Positions 4,903 to 12,528 are shown, numbered from the stretch's first letter. The stretch is 13,225 nt of DNA from a virus (IMGVR_UViG_3300045988_135330:1-13225); one strand, 5' to 3'. Numbers and translations: made by a program. The notes: generated by a model not told the origin, from the sequence alone.

Positions 4903-6025
4903 AGCACAGCAGGAGATAATCGGAGAAGCCGCAATAACAACGGAAAATCTTGAAAACGTTGTTGATATGGGCAAGCAGATTTTGGAAGCTACAGACGTTG
5001 ACAACTATGTTCGCAAGCTGATTGACAAAGTCGGCAGAATGATTTTTGTAGACAGGGTTTACAACTCAACAGCTCCTGATATTTTGACGGATAGTTGGGA
5101 GTATGGCTATGCAATGCAAAAAGTCCGCTGTGAAATGCCTGACGCAGTTGAGAATGACAGTTGGAAATTGACAAACGGTCAGAGTTATGACCCATTCGTA
5201 TTTACAGCTCCTGACGTGCAGTCAAAATTTTATGATAGCAAGGTAACGTACGAAGTGCAGATGTCATTTACAGAAATGCAGGTCAAGAGTGCATTTAATT
5301 CACCTGCTGAAATGAATAGCTTTTTTGCTATGATTGAGAACAGAATACGTTTTAAGCTCACTTTGTCAAATGACATACTTAAAACACGAACTGTTAATAA
5401 TCTTATCGCAGAGAAGATACACAGCAATAACAATGTTGTTAATCTTTTGACAATGTATAACACAGAGTTTACTCAGACCCTGAAAGCAGACCATGCTCTT
5501 ATGGATAAAGATTTTCTAAGATATGCAATTGGCAAAATCAAGGAGTATATCAAGTACATTCAGCGTCCGTCAATGCTGTTCAATGACGGCGGTTACACAA
5601 CTTTCACTCCTGAAAGTGACATGAAAATGGTGCTTTTGTCACGATTTGTAAATACTGCTGAGGTTTATCTACAGAGTGACACGTTCCACAATGACCTTGT
5701 GAAGCTAAGTGGTTATTCTGAGGTTCCATACTGGCAGGGTAGCGGAACGGGTGAAACGTTTGATTTTGCAGAAATTTCAAAAATCGATGTTACAACTGCT
5801 AGCGGTAACAAGGTATCTCAGATAGGTATTATTGGAACTATTTTTGACAGAGACGCTTGTATGGTCTGCAATGCTAATCCGAGGGTTACAAGTATTTACA
5901 ATCCAAAAGGAGAATATTGGAATTACTTCTACAAATACGATGCAAGCTATTTCAATGATACCATGGAAAACTGTGTTGTATTTATAGTAGCAGACACAGC
6001 AAAAAAAACCAGTATAACAAAATGA
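4868..6025 (+). CDS. Major capsid protein, phi29 gp8-like (385 aa)
   Basis: The SD AAGAGGT lies 8 nt upstream. NPKGEYWNYFYKYD resembles the NPRGLYWNYYY motif I recall near the end of the HK97-fold part of phi29 gp8, and LIDKVGRMIFVDR resembles LVDRIGLVVIRQ. The size and position also fit. Confidence 0.8.
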   Translation: MKVTQIATILNEAQQEIIGEAAITTENLENVVDMGKQILEATDVDNYVRKLIDKVGRMIFVDRVYNSTAPDILTDSWEYGYAMQKVRCEMPDAVENDSWKLTNGQSYDPFVFTAPDVQSKFYDSKVTYEVQMSFTEMQVKSAFNSPAEMNSFFAMIENRIRFKLTLSNDILKTRTVNNLIAEKIHSNNNVVNLLTMYNTEFTQTLKADHALMDKDFLRYAIGKIKEYIKYIQRPSMLFNDGGYTTFTPESDMKMVLLSRFVNTAEVYLQSDTFHNDLVKLSGYSEVPYWQGSGTGETFDFAEISKIDVTTASGNKVSQIGIIGTIFDRDACMVCNANPRVTSIYNPKGEYWNYFYKYDASYFNDTMENCVVFIVADTAKKTSITK

Positions 6026-6033
6026 TAGTTAAA

Positions 6034-6061
6034 ACGTTGCAACCCTAAAAAGTTGCAACGT
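6034..6061 (+). other. 10-bp stem hairpin built from a half-site plus the first part of palindrome copy 5
   Basis: ACGTTGCAAC (6034-6043) pairs with GTTGCAACGT (6052-6061) around the loop CCTAAAAA. It lies just after the capsid gene stop. Confidence 0.7.
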
Positions 6062-6067
6062 TGCAAC
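6052..6067. promoter_or_regulatory. 16-bp double palindrome, copy 5 (perfect), with an extra half-site GTTGCAAC at 6036-6043
   Basis: Exact match. It ends 19 nt before the ATG at 6087 and is followed by TATATT and the SD GAGGTG. Confidence 0.9.
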
Positions 6068-6086
6068 TATATTGAGGTGAGAAAAA

Positions 6087-6587
6087 ATGCCAATTATAAC
6101 AACGTATCAATGTTCGCAGGACGTGAGAACAATTTCAAAAACGTTAACAAATGCAATAGAGTATAATTGTGAAATACTGGATACTATGAACAGTTTTTCA
6201 CCCCGTATAAGATTATTTTGCACGTCCGAAACGTTTAATGCAAATATGGTGTATATACCATTTTTTGATAGGTTTTATCATATAATTTCAGCAGACGTTG
6301 AGAGTGCTGAAACCATTATTTTACAATGCGAGTTTGATATATTTACCTATTCAGTAGCACTACTATCTAGCGAATTTTTAGTTACTAGAAATGAAAATAT
6401 ATGTAGCACATATATCCCTGATACAATGTTACCATTAAAAGGTAATAAGGAAATGAAAGTAATTGAATTTACTGGCGGAGATTTTAACCTTGACACTGCC
6501 ACGGCAAATAGTTACAATTTTGTGCTAAATGTTGCAGGCGGTGGAAGTAATCAAGGAACGGTGGAAAACGGGGGATTGGACACATGA
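6087..6587 (+). CDS. Tail knob N-terminal-domain-like protein (166 aa)
   Basis: The SD GAGGTG lies 7 nt upstream. ANMVYIPFFDRFYHIISADVESAETIILQCEFDIFTY resembles the N-terminal part of phi29 gp9 as I recall it (...YIMFQN..KWFYAFVTELEF...HFEIDVLQTW). The gene ends in an ATGA overlap with the next ORF. Confidence 0.55.
   Translation: MPIITTYQCSQDVRTISKTLTNAIEYNCEILDTMNSFSPRIRLFCTSETFNANMVYIPFFDRFYHIISADVESAETIILQCEFDIFTYSVALLSSEFLVTRNENICSTYIPDTMLPLKGNKEMKVIEFTGGDFNLDTATANSYNFVLNVAGGGSNQGTVENGGLDT
6490..6518 (+). promoter_or_regulatory. Near-consensus sigma-A promoter candidate inside a coding region
   Basis: TTGACA (6490-6495), a 17-nt spacer, then TACAAT (6513-6518). It lies about 65 nt upstream of the ATG at 6584. 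Confidence 0.35.
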
Positions 6588-8671
6588 AATTAAATCAAGA
6601 AATTTATTCTAGTGATCGCAGTATATCACTAGAATTTTTAAAGGGGATTAAAACTACACAATCAATGAAAACATTAATTGATAATGGTAAATTACAGTTA
6701 AATAATACCATTGATGAAACAATTTTTTATGCGGTTGATTTTAACCCTCCTGACGATTATTTTATAAGAAGTGGGTATCGTAAACCTCATCAATCGGAAT
6801 TTGTTAAGGGAACGAAAACTCCGAGCGGTGTATGCGCTATGTTTGGTAGATTAAATACTAATGATACATTACAAAATCGCCCCTCACTTGGTAACCAAAC
6901 TATAACTACATATCATAGACTGGCATATGATAGTGACAAGAGTGATAGTTTAGGCTATTATTTTGGCACTGAGTATAAATTGAAAGATTTTCTTTTTTTG
7001 ATTCGTGTGATAGTGAGTAAATTTGAATATTCTGATATGGGTGACGTATCGTCATTTAGTGATAAAATTGACGTAGACGTACAAACATTTGAAACCACAT
7101 ATAAAAATACACATCATATTGTAGGAATATACGCACTACCATATTATTTAAGAGCTGAACATCATGATAGAAAACGATGTCAGGGGTTTAATATTATACC
7201 ATTTTGCACATATTCAAAAAATTCTATTACGGATAATTATGATATTTATGGCGCGTTATATTTTAGCGATTATGATCAGTCACACGCTGTTTTAAATACG
7301 TTTATGTATGGGGTTGATGACATATACCCTTCTTATTTTAATACCTATGATTATGTTTATGCAAATTTAGGGTTTATTGATTTGTGGAATAAAACATATT
7401 TTGCTATTGGTAGTAATGAATATACGGGATATTTACCAGTTTTCAATTATAGCATAGAAAACATTCATAAATTATATAGCAGAATGGGAACATATTACAC
7501 ATTTTCGGAAAATTTAGCAAAGCAGGAAAATCTAAACCAAAATGGAATATATTGCGGTATTATATCAGACGATGGAAAAATCACTGGAAAATATTCTGAG
7601 GGTGTAGAAAATGCAAAACAAATACAGACAACATGGGATAAGCCGACAGATTGGCAAAATAACCCATTTAACGGCATAGGCAATACAGACCCAAACAATT
7701 ACACTGATAAAATAGACCTAAACAAACCGACGCTATCTAATGTGAATGTTTTCAATAGGTCATTTGCGGTCACGTCAAATAATGTTCGTCAACTTGCTGA
7801 TTTTTTGTGGAACGCTGACGAGACTAAATTTCAAGAAATTGTAAAAGGGTTAGCGTTAATGGGTGAAAACCCTATGAATGGCATTATTGACTTGCGTTTA
7901 TTTCCGTTTAATGTGGCGTTAAAAAATTCTGCAACAAATGCCGAGCCTATTGTGATAGGCAGAACGAACACGGGCGTAAATGGTATTAAACTAACGGAAA
8001 ATGTAAACAGTTTAATTGATTTAGGTGAATGCACATTTTTTACTAAATTCAAAAATTTCCTAGATTATGAACCATACACAACAGCACAACTATACATCCC
8101 ATATATAGGGGTAGTACCAGTTTCAACAGCTGAATTTATGGGACATAGAATATCGGTTAAAATGATAGTTGACTATACCACGGGTGCAAGCACTGCGATA
8201 GTCTTCAAAGACGATATACCGTTTATTTACAGAAATGGTGTAGTAGGCATATCAATTCCAATGACTGGAAATGATAGTGCAAGTTATGCTAACACAGTTA
8301 TCGGCAATGTAGTTAGCGGTGCAGTAGGCGGCGTAACATCAATTGCTAGTGGAAATATCGGCGGAATGGTTAGCAGTGCAGAAAAAATTTACAGCGGTTT
8401 TACAACTGGTACGAATTACCAAGAGGCGAGTGCAAGTTCTCCATCTGTTGCAACGTGGCAACCGCAAAAGTGCTATTTCATTATTGACCGCCCTATTTTA
8501 AATGTACCTGATAATTACGGGCGAACGATTGGTTTTGCGTGTGAAAAAACTGGTAAACTATCAGATTTTAAGGGTTTTACAGTTGTTAGCAACCCTGAAA
8601 TAAATTTCAGGTGTACAGACAGCGAAAGACAATATATAGTAAATATGTTACAAGGCGGTGTATTTGTATGA
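6584..8671 (+). CDS. Tail knob (distal tail) protein, gp9-like C-terminal portion with a large inserted or unknown N-terminal region (695 aa)
   Basis: QLYIPYIGVVPVSTAEFMGHRISVKMIVDYTTG, the Gly/Ala/Ser-rich hydrophobic stretch GNVVSGAVGGVTSIASGNIGGMVSS, and the C-terminal GFACEKTGKLSDFKGFTVVSNPEINFRCTDSERQYIVNMLQGGVFV resemble phi29 gp9 as I recall it (YPYC..., its GGGISAGASAAGGSALGMASS loop, and its C-terminal KYGY...ISGDI...IRTIFDNGI). Confidence 0.6.
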   Translation: MKLNQEIYSSDRSISLEFLKGIKTTQSMKTLIDNGKLQLNNTIDETIFYAVDFNPPDDYFIRSGYRKPHQSEFVKGTKTPSGVCAMFGRLNTNDTLQNRPSLGNQTITTYHRLAYDSDKSDSLGYYFGTEYKLKDFLFLIRVIVSKFEYSDMGDVSSFSDKIDVDVQTFETTYKNTHHIVGIYALPYYLRAEHHDRKRCQGFNIIPFCTYSKNSITDNYDIYGALYFSDYDQSHAVLNTFMYGVDDIYPSYFNTYDYVYANLGFIDLWNKTYFAIGSNEYTGYLPVFNYSIENIHKLYSRMGTYYTFSENLAKQENLNQNGIYCGIISDDGKITGKYSEGVENAKQIQTTWDKPTDWQNNPFNGIGNTDPNNYTDKIDLNKPTLSNVNVFNRSFAVTSNNVRQLADFLWNADETKFQEIVKGLALMGENPMNGIIDLRLFPFNVALKNSATNAEPIVIGRTNTGVNGIKLTENVNSLIDLGECTFFTKFKNFLDYEPYTTAQLYIPYIGVVPVSTAEFMGHRISVKMIVDYTTGASTAIVFKDDIPFIYRNGVVGISIPMTGNDSASYANTVIGNVVSGAVGGVTSIASGNIGGMVSSAEKIYSGFTTGTNYQEASASSPSVATWQPQKCYFIIDRPILNVPDNYGRTIGFACEKTGKLSDFKGFTVVSNPEINFRCTDSERQYIVNMLQGGVFV
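8447..8462. promoter_or_regulatory. 16-bp double palindrome, copy 6 (variant GTTGCAACGTGGCAAC, intragenic)
   Basis: One substitution, T to G at 8457. It lies inside the tail gene and encodes VATWQ(P). It ends 205 nt before the start at 8668. Confidence 0.8.
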
Positions 8672-9219
8672 TGAATGAACATTTTGCAAGCGGTTTAACA
8701 AATGAGCAATTGAAAGCGGAGATTTTAAGGCAAGGGCGTAAAGCAAATTTACGCCTAAACCAATTGAAAAAAAGTGGAATGTACAGCAAAAACCCCATAA
8801 TTTCTAGTAAATGGAATACGTTTTTACACGAAAGTAAATTCTCAACAAAAAAGAATTTTTTTAAGACAGGTACAAAAGGTGAAACAAGAACAGAATTGTT
8901 AAAACACTATGTACAGATTAGACAGTTTTTAGGACAAAAAACGACAGTGAAAGAAACGAAAACTATCATGTCAAAACACGCAAAACGTTTAAATATTTCT
9001 GAGGAAAATGTTGATAAAGTTCTATCAATTTTTGGTAATAGCGGAATAAGTGCGGAGTTACCTAACAGCGATTTTGTGCAACAGTTTATTGCTGAAATGG
9101 TTGAAAATGGGTTTAATGATAATGAAATAAATTCATTGTTGAATACCCTTGAAAGTTCAGCACGAACACAAAATGAAATGTACGACTTAATGCGTGAGCA
9201 ATTACAAATGCTTGAATAG
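8668..9219 (+). CDS. Candidate terminal (priming) protein (183 aa)
   Basis: The ATG at 8668 overlaps the upstream stop (ATGA) and follows the SD AAGGCGGTG. The track's earlier start at 8611 lies deep in the tail gene. The gene sits immediately upstream of the protein-primed DNA polymerase, as in phi29. The basic N-terminal QGRKANLRLNQLKKSG loosely resembles the phi29 TP segment NTKAKIARTKKKYG. The function is tentative. Confidence 0.45.
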   Translation: MMNEHFASGLTNEQLKAEILRQGRKANLRLNQLKKSGMYSKNPIISSKWNTFLHESKFSTKKNFFKTGTKGETRTELLKHYVQIRQFLGQKTTVKETKTIMSKHAKRLNISEENVDKVLSIFGNSGISAELPNSDFVQQFIAEMVENGFNDNEINSLLNTLESSARTQNEMYDLMREQLQMLE

Positions 9220-9234
9220 TTGCAACGTTGCAAC
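9219..9234. promoter_or_regulatory. 16-bp double palindrome, copy 7 (perfect)
   Basis: Exact match. It overlaps the last base of the upstream TAG stop and ends 22 nt before the DNA polymerase TTG start at 9257. It is flanked by TTGAAT upstream and TATTTG downstream. Confidence 0.9.
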
Positions 9235-9256
9235 TATTTGTAAAGGGGTGTAATAG

Positions 9257-11395
9257 TTGATAAATGTAAATGATTTTGATTTTAACATTCTTAAAAATGG
9301 TAATTTACAAACAGTTACAACCCGTACAAGAGATAATCAGTTTATTGAATATTATAACGCTCCGTTTGCATTTGATATTGAAACGAGTTCATTTTATGAC
9401 GGAAAAAATAAACGTGCGTGTATGTACATTTTTATGTTTGCATTAAATGGAAATTATGTATATGGCAGAACATGGGAAGATTTTGACTTTACATTAAATA
9501 AGTTAAAAGAAGTGTTACAATTAAATGAATACAAAAGAATTATAATATATATTCACAATTTAGGCTATGAATTCCAATTTTTAATCGGTCATGAGCGTTT
9601 TAAAGATGTTTTTGCGAGAAACGCACGCCACCCGATTAAGTGTACTATGAATGAGTGTTTTGATTTAAAGTGCAGTTTAATGCTCAGTGGTATGAGTTTA
9701 GCAAAAACAGCGGAAGACCTGACAAGTGTAAAAATACAAAAATTAACAGGTGATTTGAATTATAAACTTGTAAGAACATGGAAAACCCCTCTAACACAAG
9801 AAGAATTAGGATATTGCGAATATGACGTTAAAATATTACACTATTTTATACTTGAAGAAATGGCAAAAAATGATAATGATATAACAAAAATACCATTAAC
9901 TAAAACAGGGTATGTAAGAAAATATTGCCAAAACTACATTAAAAAACACACATATTATCCAAAATATAGAGAGAAAATAAAAAAGATAGCCCCAATTGAT
10001 AAAGATTTATTTTGTTTATTACATAAAACTTTTATGGGCGGTTATACTCACGCTAACTATATGTATGTGGGAACGGTGCTTGAAAATGTTGCCAGTATCG
10101 ACTTTACAAGCTCTTATCCGTCCGTTATGATTAGAAAAAAGTACCCCATGCAACCATTTACAAAAGTTCACATAAAAGATTTAACAGATTTTAAATATTG
10201 TATTAAAAATTATCCTTGTGTTTTTGAGGTAGAATTAACTAACGTTATTGCTAAAAAATGTAATCACATTTTATCACGTTCAAAATGTTCTGTTTGTGAT
10301 AATGCGGTAGTTGATAATGGTAGAATTGTATCGGCAGATAGAATATTTACATATTTTACAGATATTGACTTTAAGGACTTTGAACAATTTTATTCTTATG
10401 AACATTTGTCAATTGGTAAATTTTACACGTCAAGTTATGGATATTTGCCTAAACAAATTATAGAATGTGCGTTAAAATTTTACAACGATAAGACAACATT
10501 AAAAGGCGTAGCAGGAAAAGAGGTTGAGTACCTAGTCGGCAAAGGAATGCTAAATAGTTTGTTTGGTATGTGTGTGACAAATCCTGTAAATGATGATATT
10601 GTTTTTGACGGAAAAGAATGGAATACAGAAAAGAAAGATATTACGGAATCATTACAAGAAAATTACATAAAAAATAAAAAGCAAGTGTTAGTATATCAGT
10701 GGGGAGTGTGGATAACGGCATGGGCAAGGCATGAACTTTTTAAGGGTATATTAAAAATTAATAATGATGTTATTTATTGTGATACTGATAGCATAAAATT
10801 TTTAAACTATGAGAATTATGAAAACTGGATAAATGAATATAATAAAAACTGTATTAACGAGATAAATAAGGCTTTAAATTATTATGAAATTAATTTGAAT
10901 TTGGCTAAACCTAAAACAATTAAAGGTGTTGAAAAGCCGTTAGGGGTATGGGATTTTGAGGGAGTTTATTCAAAATTCAAAACGTTAGGCGCAAAGCGTT
11001 ATGCCTATGAGCAAGACGAAAAATTTAATATTACAGTTTCAGGGTTAAATAAAAAGTGTGCCGTTCCGTACATAGTTGCAACGTTGCAACCGTTTGAATT
11101 TTTTGACAATGAAATGTATATACCTAAAGAATATACAGGAAAAAATACATTAACATATATTAATGACCCCTACAAAATTATGATAAAAGACTATCAGGGA
11201 AATTATGCAAAAGTGGCAGAAAATAGTTATATCCACATGGAGGAGCAAGATTATAACATGTCACTATCTGAACAATTCATATATTATTTAATTTGTGGTA
11301 CAAATTTCGGTGGCGGAGCAAAAGAGCATACATTATTTGAAAAAAGTCAAGAATTGGCTACAAATTTTTGGGAGTGTGATTTTAATGAGAAATGA
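9257..11395 (+). CDS. Family-B, protein-primed-type DNA polymerase (712 aa)
   Basis: The translation contains FAFDIETSS (ExoI), HNLGYEFQF (ExoII), YCEYDVKIL (ExoIII), DFTSSYPSVM (motif A, Dx2SLYP), KGMLNSLFGM (motif B, Kx3NSxYG), YCDTDSIKF (motif C) and LGAKRYAY (KxY). The TTG start at 9257 lies 6 nt after AAGGGGTG. An in-frame TAG sits at 9254-9256, and the first in-frame ATG lies after ExoI, so a non-ATG start is required. Confidence 0.95.
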   Translation: MINVNDFDFNILKNGNLQTVTTRTRDNQFIEYYNAPFAFDIETSSFYDGKNKRACMYIFMFALNGNYVYGRTWEDFDFTLNKLKEVLQLNEYKRIIIYIHNLGYEFQFLIGHERFKDVFARNARHPIKCTMNECFDLKCSLMLSGMSLAKTAEDLTSVKIQKLTGDLNYKLVRTWKTPLTQEELGYCEYDVKILHYFILEEMAKNDNDITKIPLTKTGYVRKYCQNYIKKHTYYPKYREKIKKIAPIDKDLFCLLHKTFMGGYTHANYMYVGTVLENVASIDFTSSYPSVMIRKKYPMQPFTKVHIKDLTDFKYCIKNYPCVFEVELTNVIAKKCNHILSRSKCSVCDNAVVDNGRIVSADRIFTYFTDIDFKDFEQFYSYEHLSIGKFYTSSYGYLPKQIIECALKFYNDKTTLKGVAGKEVEYLVGKGMLNSLFGMCVTNPVNDDIVFDGKEWNTEKKDITESLQENYIKNKKQVLVYQWGVWITAWARHELFKGILKINNDVIYCDTDSIKFLNYENYENWINEYNKNCINEINKALNYYEINLNLAKPKTIKGVEKPLGVWDFEGVYSKFKTLGAKRYAYEQDEKFNITVSGLNKKCAVPYIVATLQPFEFFDNEMYIPKEYTGKNTLTYINDPYKIMIKDYQGNYAKVAENSYIHMEEQDYNMSLSEQFIYYLICGTNFGGGAKEHTLFEKSQELATNFWECDFNEK
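11075..11090. promoter_or_regulatory. 16-bp double palindrome, copy 8 (perfect, intragenic)
   Basis: Exact match inside the polymerase gene, encoding VATLQ(P). It ends 294 nt upstream of the ATPase start at 11385. Confidence 0.85.
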
Positions 11396-12476
11396 ATACT
11401 ATTCACTAAAAAAGATTAATAAGTTAAATGCTTTATACAATTTAATTATAGGGCAACGCTCAAACGGAAAAACTTACGCAGTATGTGAACAGGAAGTAAA
11501 AGGAAATTTTAAAGAGGGGTATAGAATGGCATATATTAGAAGATATGATGAGGAAATTATGCCAAAAAATATACAAAATCTGTTTAAGCCCCATTCAGCT
11601 TTAATTGAAAAATTATCCAACGGCCAGTTTAACAGCACTGTATACAAGAATAGGGAATTTTTCCTATATAATACAGATACGGAAGAAAAAAGTGAACAAA
11701 GTTTTTGCAAGTGTTTTTCCCTTAATGCGTGGGAACGTACAAAAGGTGCTGACAATGGTTACTTTAAATATATACTATTTGACGAATTTATGACCCGTTC
11801 TTTTTATCTTAATAATGAATTTGTTACATTTACTAACCTTTTATCATCTATTATTCGTGATAGAGATAATTCAATTATTTACATGATAGCCAATACAGTA
11901 AACCAGTACTGTCCGTATTTTGCGGAAATGGGTTTAGGCAAAATTTCAGATATTAAACAGGGCGACTTGAAATTATTTACATATGGTGAAAGTGAGCTAA
12001 CACTAGCCCTTGAATATTCTGACAGTAAGGGTAAAACGGAAAAAGTTAGTAAATATTTTGCTTTTGACAATCCTCAATTGAAAATGATAACAACGGGGCA
12101 GTGGGAAATTAAAAACTACCCACACGCACCATTTAAAATTAAAAAAGAAAATATAGTATACAGAGCATATATATTCTTCGACAATGACGTCATCGCGTGC
12201 AATATTGTGCATTATGAAAATACTGTTTTTCTATTTTTTAACATTCAGACAAAAACGGAAAGCCTTGATTTAAAAAAAAGAGTTGTGTACAGTTTTGAAA
12301 CTGACACGAACCCTCTACACGTTCAATCACTAGCAGAACAACCGACAGATGTACATAAACTTATTAATAATTTAATAACATTTAATCGTGTGTTTTATGC
12401 GGATAACTCAGTAGGTGAAATTGTTAGAAACTGGATAAACGCACAAAACAAGCACGCTATCAGTATAAGGACATAA
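11385..12476 (+). CDS. DNA encapsidation (packaging) ATPase, phi29 gp16-like (363 aa)
   Basis: The ATG at 11385 follows the SD GGGAGTG and overlaps the polymerase 3' end by 11 nt. The track's start at 11295 has no SD. Walker A (GQRSNGKT) and Walker B (KYILFDEF) are present. The size and last-gene position match phi29-type packaging ATPases. Confidence 0.85.
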   Translation: MRNEYYSLKKINKLNALYNLIIGQRSNGKTYAVCEQEVKGNFKEGYRMAYIRRYDEEIMPKNIQNLFKPHSALIEKLSNGQFNSTVYKNREFFLYNTDTEEKSEQSFCKCFSLNAWERTKGADNGYFKYILFDEFMTRSFYLNNEFVTFTNLLSSIIRDRDNSIIYMIANTVNQYCPYFAEMGLGKISDIKQGDLKLFTYGESELTLALEYSDSKGKTEKVSKYFAFDNPQLKMITTGQWEIKNYPHAPFKIKKENIVYRAYIFFDNDVIACNIVHYENTVFLFFNIQTKTESLDLKKRVVYSFETDTNPLHVQSLAEQPTDVHKLINNLITFNRVFYADNSVGEIVRNWINAQNKHAISIRT

Positions 12477-12480
12477 AAAT

Positions 12481-12527
12481 AACCCCGTGAAATTAATCAC
12501 GGGGTTTGTTTTTTTTTTTTTTTTTTT
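12481..12527. terminator. Bidirectional intrinsic terminator with a 19-nt T run
   Basis: AACCCCGTGA (12481-12490) pairs with TCACGGGGTT (12497-12506) around the loop AATTAA, followed by TG and T19 (12509-12527). On the minus strand the same stem is followed by ATTTTTAT. It lies between the convergent ATPase gene and the leftward ORF. Confidence 0.9.
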
Positions 12528-12528
12528 G

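Noticed and set aside
4168-12212. Other embedded ORFs from the track: 4168-4377(-), 4989-5195(-), 5230-5463(-), 7495-7698(-), 7831-8052(-), 8607-8798(-), 8907-9233(-), 11474-11755(-), 11605-11793(+), 11879-12070(-) and 12003-12212(-)
   Set aside because: Each lies entirely within a longer CDS that has recognisable motifs. They lack ribosome-binding sites and have hydrophobic or low-complexity shadow-ORF composition. Apart from the right ITR cassette, nothing drives leftward transcription.
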